Below the pieces are notes generated by a model. The model worked only from the letters and a program-made list of their open reading frames with translations, was not told the origin of the DNA and did no database searches. From assembly GCF_009914755.1 (NCBI RefSeq), contig NC_060939.1: a stretch of 64,000 nt of DNA; one strand, given 5' to 3'. This document shows, piece after piece, positions 11,690-27,864 of the stretch (position 1 is the first letter of the stretch; each line of letters starts with the position of its first letter). This DNA comes from the human T2T-CHM13v2.0 reference genome, Homo sapiens. Made by a program: the position numbers and the translations under genes.

Positions 11690-12269
11690 CAGTCACGTGC
11701 CACATAATGCTATTTTTGGTTAAAGGCTGACTGGGTATTACGGTGGTGCCATAAGATCATAATGGAGCTGAAAAATTCCTATCACCTAGTGACATCATAG
11801 CTGTCATAATGTTGTAGCACAATTTTATTTTAAAAATGAATTTAGTGTAGCCTAAGTGTACAGTGCTTTTAAAGTCTACAGTAGTGTACAGTAATGTCCT
11901 AGGCCTTCCATTCACTCACCACTCACTCACTGACTCACCCAGAGCAACTTTCAGTCCTGTAAGCTTCATTCATGTTAAGTGCCCTGTACAGGTGTACCAT
12001 TTAAAAAATTTTTTATATCATATTTTTACTGTACCTTTTCTATGCTTAGATACATTTAGATATATGAATATTTACCACTGTGTTACAGTTATTCAGTCTC
12101 CAGTACAGTAATATGGTGTCCAGGTTTATAGCCTAGGAGCATACAGCCTAGGTATGTAGTAGGCTATACCATCTATATTTGTATAAGTATACTCTGGTGC
12201 TTGCAAAATGACAAAATTGCCTAACAATGCATTTCTCAGAATGTTTCCACATTAAGTGACTCATGACTG
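11690..12269. mobile_element. Tigger3/Golem-family non-autonomous DNA transposon (TcMar)
   Basis: Terminal inverted repeats cagtcacg.../...catgactg with TA target duplication (11688-11689, 12270-12271). Internal ggagctgaaaaattcctatcacctagtgac motif. Confidence 0.88.
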
Positions 12270-12635
12270 TACACACTTTCTCATACATGCATACTGCATA
12301 TATAAACATATTCATATATGCACATATATATACACCAATAACAGTATATGATATCTCTACCATAATAAAAATAAAGATTAGTAGGTCTGAAAATTTAAAT
12401 ATAAGGAAAATAGCTCATAAATTTAAATAAATTCTCAGATGATACAGAATCAATGTAAGAAGGCAAATAAAGTATTTGCTTTATACTCATTTTGAAACAC
12501 GGCATTACGGTGTTCTGTATTGAGTTATGCCTTGAGTGGGCAGAAAATATGAGTAGGTGGGGATGAAAATGAGGATAAAGTGTTTTAACCATAGGATTTG
12601 GTTCTTCCTTTCTTCTTTTTTCATTCTTATTCTTC

Positions 12636-12684
12636 CGTCCACCCATCCATCCATCCATCCATCCATCCATCATCTATCCATCCC
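12636..12684. repeat. (CCAT)n tetranucleotide repeat
   Basis: Read directly. Confidence 0.92.
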
Positions 12685-13159
12685 ATATGTGGCAACTTTG
12701 TAGCAGTAATACAGTGATACTGATGATTAAAACAGAACTATAGAATTGTCTCAAATACTGACATAAAAATGTATACATGAAGAGAGAGAAGAAAATGACT
12801 ACTTTCATTAACACTACCTTAAGATTTTAGTTATGAATATACATATATATGTAAAATAAGTAATAAGAGAGCAGGTTTCTAATTTGAGGACCTACAATTA
12901 TCCTTTTCTCTTAAAAGCTAGGCTATAATTCTTCTCAGGAGGGCTTCTCAGGGAAAAAACTCATTTTCTCATCTCAAAATTTCTATCTAGAGGTGAATGA
13001 CTTCATCTGTCAATAGACACGAAAAGTGAATTGTAAACTGTTCTAGGTAGAAATATAAAAAATTATTTCCAGACAAAGCCTGTTATACTAGTCTTTCCTA
13101 AAAACATTTTAAAATGTTAATTGGAATTTGGGCAAAAGGTATCTCATAATAAACTTCTA

Positions 13160-13353
13160 CTTATTTATCATTTTTTATTATTGTTATTCATATTGTTTTT
13201 TTTTTTAGAGACAGGGTCTTGCAATGTTGCCCAGGTTGGAGTTCTGTGGTGCAATTATAGATGACTGCAGTCTCGAACTCCTGGCCTCAAGTGATCTTCT
13301 TGCCCTGCCCTCCCAAAGTGTTGTGATTACAGGCGTGAGCCACTGCACCTGGC
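13160..13353 (-). mobile_element. Old Alu monomer (FRAM/FLAM or collapsed AluJ)
   Basis: Single Alu arm with a degenerate A tail. TSD ataataaacttcta at 13146-13159 and 13354-13367. Confidence 0.88.
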
Positions 13354-13421
13354 ATAATAAACTTCTAGAACCACACTGATCTCTCTAAATTACTTCATTA
13401 TACAAAAAAGATTCAATCGTG

Positions 13422-14318
13422 GAATCTACAAAGAACTTAAACAAAATTTACAAGAAAAAAACAACCCCATCAAAAAGTGGGCAAAGGATATAAACATACA
13501 CTTCTCAAAAGAAGACATTTATGCAGCCAACAGACAAATGAAAAAATGCTCATCATCACCTGTCATTAGAGAAATGCAAATCAAAACCACAATGAGATAC
13601 CATCTCACGCCAGTTAGACTGGCGATCATTAAAAAGTCAGGAAACAACACATGCTGGAGAGGATGTGGAGAAACAGGAACAATTTTACACTGTTGGTGGG
13701 AGTGTAAATTAGTTCAACCATTATGGAAGACAGTGTGGCGATTCCTCAAGGATCTAGACCTAGAAATACCATTTGACGCAGCAATCCCATTACTAAGTAT
13801 ATACCCAAAGGATTATAAATCATTCTACTATAAAGACACATGCACATGTATGTTTATTGTGGCACCATTCACATAGCAAAGACTTGGAACCAACCTAAAT
13901 GTCCATCAACAATAGACTGGATAAAGAAAATGTGGCACATATACATCATGGAATACTATGCAGCCAGAAAAAAGGATGAGTTCATGTCCTTTCAGGGACA
14001 AGGATGAAGCTGAAAACCATCATTCTCAGCAAACTATCACAAAAACAGAAAACCAAACACTGCATGTTCTCACTCACAAGTGGGAGTTGAACAATGAGAA
14101 CACATGGACACAGGGAGGGGAACATCACGCACCAGGGCCTGTCAGGGGTGGGGGGCTGGGGGAAGCATAACATTAGGAGAAATACCTAATGTAGGTTATG
14201 GGTTGATGGTTGCAGCAAACCACCATGGCACGTGTATACCTACGTAACAAACCTACACATTCTTCACATGTACCCTAGAACTTAAAAGTATAATTTACAA
14301 ACAAACAAACAAACAAAC
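13422..14318 (+). mobile_element. 5'-truncated L1PA7/8-like 3' fragment
   Basis: ORF2 C-terminus (track ORF 13538..13876), L1PA 3' UTR and (CAAA)n tail. Confidence 0.9.
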
Positions 14319-14324
14319 CCCCGA

Positions 14325-14530
14325 GGTATTGGTACAACTGCATTCTCTCTTGGGACTTTAGAGGAGAATCTGTTCCTTGCTTTTTCTAGCTTGTAGAAGC
14401 TTCCCACATTTCTTGGCTCATGGCTCCATGTCACTTGAGTCTACTTCCGTTGTTACATCCCGTTCTCTGACTCGGACCCTTCTGCCTCTTTCTTCTAAGG
14501 ATCCTCATGATTACATTGGCCCACATGGCC
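14325..14530 (-). mobile_element. MLT1-family (ERVL-MaLR) LTR fragment
   Basis: gaggagaatctgttccttgctttttctagctt...ttcttggctcatggc...aaggatcctcatgattacattggcccac. Confidence 0.7.
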
Positions 14531-17141
14531 CCTCCCTCACCTCAAAAAAGATATCTAATTATAATCAAATAAGTCTGCATGTAAAATTTATTTTTTCTCG
14601 CCTTAGAGGTAGTCTTCTTTTTTTGTAAAAAATAAAATGTCATTTGAATCAGACGTTTGAAGTAGGATTCCTAATAAATGATTAGTTGCGTGCTAATAGT
14701 GGCAGACAATTATTACATCAAATATAACAGAAGTTATAAAATCTGTCCCCAAAATGAATTCTAAATGATTGGATCCAGAATTATTAATACTCAATTGTTA
14801 AAAAACAGTTACAGGAACTAAGCTCATCTTTTAATTGTATTATATGGAAGATTATATCTAAATAATATAACTTTCATTTACATACAGTTTTAGAATGCAC
14901 AAAACATGTTCACTCACATCTTCGCATTTATTGTATATCAGGCAGGTATGCTTAGGACATTTCAATTTTAAAGAGGAGGGGAGATTTTGTTTATATTAAG
15001 TGATATCCTTTTTCTGCCAAATGAGGATATTTCCCAACCTATAACTTCAAGTTATAACCTAACAAATAAATACATAAAAGTATGTGAAATACCATATATA
15101 AACAAAAATAAACAACAACAAATTACAAATTAGTCCAACAGTATTTAGCAAATAGCCTAATGTATGCTCTGATAAGTATGAGAACAAGCACTGGAGGCAA
15201 TGGCAGCCAAAGCATATAAAAATGAAAGGATTTAGCAAAGTGGTCAGAAATGAGAAGGCAATCTAGAGAAAAGGTATCACAAAAGAAAAGTATGAAGCTG
15301 AAGTGAGGCATAGCCTATGAAGAAAAAAAAAAGCAAAGAATATGCTTAAGCATCAGAATTAGATTGGTGATTAACTCATAAATGAGTAACAATGAAAAGA
15401 CAGGGCTTCCTTTGTGTTTACAAGGTACATACCTGCGTGGTAGCACCTATCAGTTATTGTTGATTTGCCTGTCCATCTCTTTGGTTACAGGAAGAACTCC
15501 TACAGAGCAGGGCAGCAACTTGCAGAGTTCTACTCACACTTTGCACTGAACAGCTCATTTTAGCACTAGAGGGTTCTAACCACCTTCCCTGACATCTTCT
15601 CTTTAACAGCATGAGTAATTCCCTTCATGCCACTGTCTCTGTCAGGCTTAGGTTTCCTTGCCTACAAAATGAGGAGGTTGAAAAGGATTCATATTCTAGG
15701 TCTAAAATACTGTGATAAACATATCTTCTGGTTATGTAGAGTAAAGCAGTACATGTCTTGTAATTCCATGTTGTCCATAAAGACTTCCAGGTGCTCTGGG
15801 ACCTCAATTTTTCTGGCAAATAGAGAAAGTATTATTCTTTGGCATGTTTTCCACTTATTGCTGTGCTTTTTTTTTCTGATTTGGTTAGTCCTATATTAAC
15901 AAGTAAATATATCCTAAATTTTCTACTATAATTTCACACTAGCTTGCAAATGTTTTTCTTGAATAATATAACGTATTATTTCATAGAAGTAATAACTTAT
16001 CAATAGTTGACTCATTAATTGTTTTGGGATCATCATGGGCAAAATAAATATGTCCTCTCCCATAAATAAACTTATGACTTATTTTTTACCACCTTTTATC
16101 GTAATTACACACAGATGTCTTTTTCTACCCCTTTGAAGGCAGAAACTATTTGAACATCAGTGGTGCCCAGGAGAACACTTTGGATGTAATAGGTACTTGA
16201 TGAGTATTTGTCAAATAAATAATGATTATGTTGATTATTAATGGAAAAGAAATTAGAAGAATATGAAAGCAAGAGTGCATGAATATTGCATATGGTAATG
16301 AAAATGTCTTGTCATATTTTACAAATTGCATTTTTTAAGAAAATCCACCTAGAGTTGTTGTCTTAATTTTCTTAGATCACTCCTTCCCTCATTATTAATA
16401 TGCACAAAGAGGTTAAGTCTTAGTGTTAGAAATACTGAAGCCTTCCATTCAATCAAGCATAACTCTGACAATCTTTTCCATGATGCATACAGGCTTAAGA
16501 AAAGCAGATAGTGTTCTCTTAGCATATAAAGAGAGCAACATAAATTAGAGCATGGATGATAAGGTAACAAACTGAAGAAAGTTTCTGTTTTTCACTACAC
16601 TAATTTTAACAATTTATGGCAAAGAAATCACACTACTCACCATCAACTAAATTCATTTAAAAACAAAGTTTATGTGTAAAAATAACCCCAAATAACTGAA
16701 GAGAAATGTTTACATTACCATTCTGAGTTGTTAAAGCCAAGAAAAAGAAAAAAGAGGAAGGAGTTAATGGAACCCACAGGCTACTGATGTGGCAGTTTAT
16801 CAAATGTAGCTGTAATGAAAGATAAATAATACAGGCAATTCACACTTCATGAAAGGATAAAAGTGTCGGTGTGTAGGTACCAGTTTTACTGCAGGCCATA
16901 ATCAGCAAGTAAACGAAAGTGCAATGTCTAAAAAGTTTATAGCCTTCTATGAAGGCCTCGTCTTGTCAGGTATTGATTTAGATATTCAGATAACTTCACT
17001 GGTATTAAACAAATTGAGTGTTTGTGAACTTAGAAGACATGTTCTATTTTTCCCAACAAAAGTTGCCTCAAGCTTAATGTTCAGTTGCTTCCATCACTTA
17101 AATTTATGGGAAAAAAAGAAAATGCTGAAATGATATCTTAC

Positions 17142-17236
17142 ACAATTATTTTCTTCTTAAATAGAGGGCAATCCAAAGTGAAAGTTTCATACTCTCCACC
17201 TTCTCCACAAACATGTACTCCATACTTCTTAGAAAG
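17142..17236 (-). CDS. DPH6: DPH6 coding exon (probably exon 7): [31 protein letters not shown](V)
   Basis: 95-nt exon with acceptor cctattttcag and donor GT|gtaaga. It contains the CGEGGEYET motif of Dph6/ATP_bind_4 diphthamide synthetases. Phase 0 in, phase 2 out. Confidence 0.98.
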
Positions 17237-17473
17237 CTGAAAATAGGAAAACACAAAAAACAAGAAAGAAGTTTAAAATTAGACAGCATAAATGCTCTCT
17301 TATCTGGTACTAAAAAATCCATACAAAAAACTTTAATTCCAAAATAGTTTGCAAGGTAAGGAAAATTAATTATATTTCTGCTTAAAACCTGTTTAAAGCC
17401 ATTTCAAAAATGTTATCATAAGGCATAGGATCCCCAAGAATGCCAAAACTCTTAAAAAAAAATAACATTAAGA

Positions 17474-17792
17474 GGCCAGGTGCGTTGGCTCACGCCTGTA
17501 ATCCCAGCACTTTGGGAGGCCGAGGCGGGCGGATCACAAGGTCAGGAGATCGAGACCATCCTGGCTAACATGGTGAAACACCGTCTCTACTAAAAATACA
17601 AAAAAATTAGCCGGGCATGGTGGTGGGCGCCTGCAGTCCCAGCTACTCGGGAGGCCGAGGCGGGAGAATGGCGTAAACCCGGGAGACGGAGCTCAGCCGA
17701 GTTTGCAGTGAGCCGAGATCAGCCTGGGCGACAGAGGGAGACTCCGTCAAAAATAAAAACGAAAAACAAAACACACACACACACACACACAC
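17474..17792 (+). mobile_element. AluY with a rearranged right arm; tail grades into (CA)n
   Basis: Diagnostic gagatcgagaccatcctggctaac and ggagaatggcgt. Antisense to DPH6. Confidence 0.93.
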
Positions 17793-19779
17793 AAAATTAA
17801 GATTATTGTAAATTTGGGGAATGACAGTAGCCTCAGATTCAAAGCTAGATTCAGTCACAATGTAATAAACAAAAATATATGCAGCCAAATTGGGCTCCCC
17901 CAACTCTTTGCCTTTAAGTGGAAGGGAATGAAAACGCTGTGTTTAGTGAATTTCTCAAGGATACAGAAAAAGCAATATAAGGCCTTTCCTTAGGCATGAA
18001 CAAAAAGAAGTCACATACATGTTTATTATGCTTGCAGTTGTTATTAGGAAAGTTCCAAGGGCACTGAGAACTAGTAAAGTTCCAAAGCTGCAGACAAGCC
18101 TTAAGAAGGTCCAACTTCAAGAAAGGTTGGGTAACTTACAAATTTGTCTAATCAAACCTGAAATTAAAAAAAAGAAAAAAAAAACCAAGCAGCAAAACAC
18201 AAAAAAACCTATGATTTGCATTAAATATAAGCCATACCATTTAAATAGTCTTGATATTGAGAGTAAAAAAATCTCCTATCTGGTTGGCATATGTCTGGCA
18301 TCAGTGCTGGGGAGCACTCTCCTTTCTACTCTATGCTATTCACCCTTTCTAACAACTTTCCACCAAATGAACTTTCTAATTACACCTTTATAACTTATGA
18401 CCACTCTCTTTATGTGGGGAGTATACCTTATCATTTATTAGCATTCTTTTATTAGAAAATGTTTTACTGAAGTTCTGTGTAATTTCTGTAATCCACCACC
18501 AAAGAATAACTACATTTTTAAATTAAATTTGGTATGGTTATTATCCTATAGAAGTGGTTCTCTTAGTCCCTAGTAAAATAATGTAAGCTGCTATGTTAAA
18601 CCAAAATATTACCATTATAAAAGACTCATATATTCAAGAGGAGACTTTAAAATCTGGATGTACCCAGTGATATTTTCAATTCACATAAAATATTTCTATC
18701 ACATTCATTCATTCAGTCAGTTCTTCGACAAACACTTTTTGAAAAATAGTTATTAGCCAGGCCTTGCTAGATGATGAAGTTTCAAAAGTAAACAAGATAA
18801 CGAGACAACCTTCTTGGTCTCTTGAAGCTTACCAAATATACTGTACTCTGTATTTTAACATCACACACTAATGACGCAACAGCGATATTGCCTCTATAAA
18901 TGAATAGGCACAATGTCTTCTCCCTTTCTATTACTGATTCACCAGTATTGACACATAGGTTCCAAGTCAAGAAATTGGGATAAAGAACCCAGTGGTTTCT
19001 ATGGCTGAGGAACCAGGAAATAGTATGACTAAATCCTTACAATATCTTCTGTGGCCTCTCTAAATTCTACAAGCTTCAAGCTCTAATAGACACAAGTACT
19101 GAGAGAAAAATTCAGCTTTGCTGGATTACTTTTAGCCAGCTCAAAGGCCCTTTGATGTCTTGAGAGAACCTCCTCAAGAAGTAAAGCCTATGCCAGCCAC
19201 TTTCTTTAATGAATCTTCTAAGACACAGCACCTTATTAAAAAGCAGAATCTTTGTAGCACAAAAGCATGACGTATGCATGTGATAGGTCAGTTTAGGTAT
19301 GTGAAGCATCCAGATGTGCACATTCTAGACACTTATTTATGGTGTACAACCTTTCTATTTACCTTTCTAAAAGTTAGTAGTACTAATATTTACACTGTTC
19401 ATAGAAAACAGCAACTTTATTCCTAACCCATCTCAGGTCTGTCTCTGGCTTCGACTCAAAATTGGGATTATTGTATCCTAGCACTTAATCATTCCAAATG
19501 CAATTTTTGCCATTCTCTTTGATAAGCTTCTCTATCAGTATCATTGTAATGAAAAATACTAAATCATTAACAGATTTTTGAAAAGTTTAATTTCTCAATG
19601 AATTTTCATGATTCTTTTCATAATTTAAGTAAACAAAAATAACAAACTACATTGAAAAACACATAGTTTTCATGCCATCTATTCTTTCACTAAGTTATTC
19701 TTATACAGATGTATTTAAAGCTATGACATTTGATAAGTTCATTAAGAGAAGTATAGAGAGAACTTCAAGGCCGAGGCCA

Positions 19780-20032
<253 letters not shown>

Positions 20033-20083
20033 GCATAGTTGTTACCACCCCTATGCATGCAGGGATGAGGAGAAGGAACAGCT

Positions 20084-21097
20084 ACAAATGGGATCTAATT
20101 AAACTAGGGAGCTTCTGCACAGCAAAAGAAACTATCATCAGAGTGAACAGGCAACCTACAGAATGGGAGAAAATTTTTGCAAGTTACCCATCTGGCAAAG
20201 GGCTAATATCCAGAATCTACAAGGAACTTAAACAAATTTACAAGAAAAAAAACAACCCCATCAAAAAGTAGGTGAAGGATATGAACAGACACTTCTCAAA
20301 AGAAGACATTTATGCGGCCAACAAACATATGAAAAAAAGCTCATCATCACTGGTCATTAGAGAAATGCAAATCAAAACCACAATGAGATACCATCTCATG
20401 CCAGTTAGATTGGCGATCATTAACAAGTCAGGAAACAACAGATGCTGGAGAGGATGTGGAAAAATAGGAACACTTTTACACTGTTGGTGGGAGTATAAAT
20501 TAGTTCAACCATTGTGGAAGACAGTGTGGCGATTCCTCAAGGATCTAGAATTAGAAATACCATTTGACCCAGCCATCCCATTACCAGATATATACCCAAA
20601 GGATTATAAATCATTCTACTATAAAGACACATGCACACGTATGTTTACTGCAGCACGGTCACAATAGCAAAGACTTGGAACCAACCCAAATGCCCATCAA
20701 TAATAGACTGGATAAAGAAAATGTGGCACATATACAGCATGGAGTACTATGTAGCCATAAAAAAGGATGATTTCATGGCCTTTGCAGGGACATGGATGAA
20801 GCTGGAAACCATTCTCAGAAAACTAACACAGGAACAGAAAACCAAACACTGCATGTTCTCACTCATAAGTGGGAGTTGAACAATGAGAACACATGGATAC
20901 AGGGAGGGGAACATCACACACCAGAGCCTGTCAGGGGGTCAGGGGCTAGGGGAGGGATAGCATTAGGAGAAATACCTAATGTAGATAACAGGTTGATGGT
21001 TGCAGCAAACCACCATGGCATGTGTATACCTATGTAACAAACCTGCACATTCTGCACATGTATCCCAGAACTTAAAGTATAATAATAATAAAAAAAG
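20084..21097 (+). mobile_element. 5'-truncated L1PA7/8-like 3' fragment
   Basis: ORF2 C-terminal peptides KWDLIKL...CWRGC and a 3' UTR ending cttaaagtataataataataaaaaaa. Confidence 0.9.
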
Positions 21098-21383
21098 GCA
21101 ATATGATTTCCTCAAAAACTTATTTTATAATTTTCATTTGTATAAAAGTGTGTTTATTGTTTCACATTTTTTTTTATTATTATACTTTAAGTTTTAGGGT
21201 ACATGTGCACAACGTGCAGGTTTGTTACATATGTATACATGTGCCATGTTGGTGTGCTGCACCCATTAACTCGTCATTTAGCATTAGGTATATCTCCTAA
21301 TGCTATCCCTCCCTGCTACCCCCACCCCACAACAGGCCCCGGTGTGTGAGGTTCCCCTTCCTGTGTCCATGTGTTCTCTTTGT

Positions 21384-25202
<3,819 letters not shown>

Positions 25203-25265
25203 TATGATGTTAGCTGGTTATTTTGCTCATTATTTGATGCAGTTTCTTCCTATCCTCGATGGTCT

Positions 25266-26282
25266 TTACAATTTGTCATGTTTTTGCAGTGGCTAATACT
25301 GCTTGTTCCTTTCCATATTTAGTGCTTCCTTCAGGAGCTCTTTTAGGGCAGGCCTGGTGGTGACAAAAATCTCTCAGCATTTGGTTGTCTGTAAAGGATT
25401 TTATTTCTCCTTCTCTTATGAAGCTTAGTTTGGCTGGATATGAAATTCTGGGTTGAAAATTCTTTTCTTTAAGAATGTTGAATATTGGTCCCCACTCTCT
25501 TCTGGCTTGTAGAATTCTGTCGAGATATCAGCTGTTAGTCTGATGGGCTTCCCTTTGTGGGTAACCCGACCTTTCTCTCTGGCTGCCCTTGACATTTTTT
25601 CCTTCATTTCAACTTTGGTGAATCTGACAATTATGTGTCTTGGAGTTGCTCTTCTCGAGGAGTATCTTTGTGGTGTTCTCTGTATTTCCTTAATTTGAAT
25701 GTTGGCCTGCCTTGCTAGATTGGGGAAGTTCTCCTGGATAATATCCTGCAGAGTGTTTTCCAATTTGGTTCCATTCTCCCCATCACTTTCAGGTACACCA
25801 ATTAGACGTAGATTTGGTCTTTTCACATAGTCCCATATTTCTTGGAGGCTTTGTTCATTTCTTTTTATTCTTTTTTCTCTAAACTTCTCTTCTCACTTCA
25901 TTTCATTCATTTTGTCTTCCATCGCTGATACCTTTTCTTCCAGTTGATCACATCGGTTACTGAGGCTTGTGCATTTGTCACGTAGTTCTCATGCCATGGT
26001 TTTCAGCTCCATCAGGTCCTTTAAGGACTTCTCTGCATTGGTTATTCTAGTTATCGATTTGTCTAATTTTTTTTCAAAGTTTTTAACTTCTTTGCCATTG
26101 GTTCGAACTTCCTCCTTTAGCTCGGAGTAGTTTGATCTTCTGAAGCCTTCCTCTCTCAACTCGTCAAAGTGATTCTCCGTCCAGCTTTGCTCCATTGCTG
26201 GTGAGGAGCTGCATTCCTTTGGAGGAGGAGAGGCACTCTGATTTTTAGAGTTTCTGGTTTTTCTGCTCTGTTTTCTCCCCAT
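25266..26282 (-). pseudogene. L1 ORF1 (disrupted)
   Basis: Starts MGRKQSRKT at 26282. Premature stop at 25989-25991 and a frameshift near 25520. Native stop at 25268-25266. Confidence 0.9.
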
Positions 26283-26857
26283 CTTTGTGGTTTTGTCTAC
26301 CTTTGGTCTTTGATGATGGTGACGTACAGATGGGTTTTTGGTGTGGATGTCCTGTCTTTTTGTTAGTTTTCCTTCTAACAGTCAGGACCCTCAGCTGCAG
26401 GTCTGTTGGACTTTACTGGAGGTCCACTCCAGACCCTATTTGCCTGGGTATCAGCAGCGGAGGCTGCAGAACAGTGGATATTGGAGAGCCACAAATGCTG
26501 CTGCCTGATCGGTCCTCTGGAAGTTTTTTCTCAGAGGAGTACCTGGCTGTGCGAGGTGTCAGTCCGCCCCTACTGGGGGGTGCCTCCCAGTTAGGCTACT
26601 TGGGGGTCAGGGACCCACTTGAGGAGGCAGTCTGTCCATTCTCAGATCCCAAGCTGCATGCTGGGAGAACCACTACTCTCTTCAAATCTGTCAGACAGGG
26701 ACATTTAAGTCTGCAGAGGTTATTGCTGTCTTTTGTTTGTCTGTGCCCTGCCCCCAGAGGTGGAGCCTACAGAGGCAGGCAGGCCTCCTGGAGCTGTGGT
26801 GGGCTCCACTCAGTTCGAGCTTCCTAGCCACTTTGTTTACCTACTCAAGCCTGAGCA

Positions 26858-27121
26858 ATGGTGGGCGCCCCTCCCCCAGCCTTGCTGCCACCTTGCAGTT
26901 TGATCTCAGACTGCTGTGCTAGCAGTAAGCGAGGCTCCGTGGGCGTAGGACCCTCCGAACCAGGTGTGGGATATAATCTCCTGGTGTGCAGTTTGTTAAG
27001 CCCGTTGGAAAAGCGCAGTATTAGGGTGGGAGTGACCCGATTTTCCAGGTGCCGTCTGTCACCCTTTTCTTTGAGTAGGAAAGGGAATTCCCTGACCCCT
27101 TGCGCTTCCCAGGTGAGGTGA
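26858..27121 (+). CDS. L1 ORF0 (antisense-promoter ORF), open, 87 aa
   Basis: MVGAPPPALLPPCSLISDCCAS...GVGPSEPGVGY...IRVGVTRFSR is the primate ORF0 sequence. ATG context gcaATGG. Expression is not shown. Confidence 0.7.
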   Translation: MVGAPPPALLPPCSLISDCCASSKRGSVGVGPSEPGVGYNLLVCSLLSPLEKRSIRVGVTRFSRCRLSPFSLSRKGNSLTPCASQVR

Positions 27122-27864
27122 TGCCTCGCCCTGCTTTGGCTCATGCATGGTGCACTGCACCCACTGTCCTGCACCCGCTGTCCGGCACTCCTCAGTGAGA
27201 GGAACCCGGTACCTCATTTGGAAATGCAGAAATCACCCGTCTTCTGCGTCGCTGATGCTGGGAGCTGTAGGCTGGAGCTGTTCCTATTCAGCCATCTTGA
27301 TCCCAACTGCAATCTCACATATAGCTAAAGTGTGCTGTGTTCTCTTTTAGAGAAGGTGAAAATTGGGTTGCCATCTAATTAATGTTAGGTTAAGCTTTTG
27401 AAAACATTTGAACAGATGTGGCTAACTTGGGTGATTTCATGGTTTGTAAGAATGCCTTGGGGTTTCAGCATTTTAAAAATGAATTCCTAGTAAATTAAAA
27501 AGAAATTACTTACATGAATCTATTTTCTTTCTGGCACACTTATTTATATAGATAAATATTCATATTCATGGTAGCTCCATTGGAATACTGCTGATTATTG
27601 AACTGAATGGCTAAGGGCGTCATGATTTCCCTAAGATTGTAATAATCATAATTGTTGAATTTCTTATTAAATCAAACTTTTTCTTCTTTTAAATCAGTCT
27701 CACTTATCTGTTAGTCATTTTAAAATGGAAAAAAAAAAAAAGCCAAACTCATACTTCTTCACCTTTCACCTCCACCTAGAGGAAACAATGAGGTTTACAA
27801 AAATCGCAATTTCATTTTATAAACGGTATTCTTAACATAGAAGATAATTCATTCATAACACTTA

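Noticed and set aside
18019-18393. 124-aa plus-strand ORF with a poly-Lys run
   Set aside because: The Lys run is just the A tract (the microexon candidate's U tract on the other strand). No recognisable domain.
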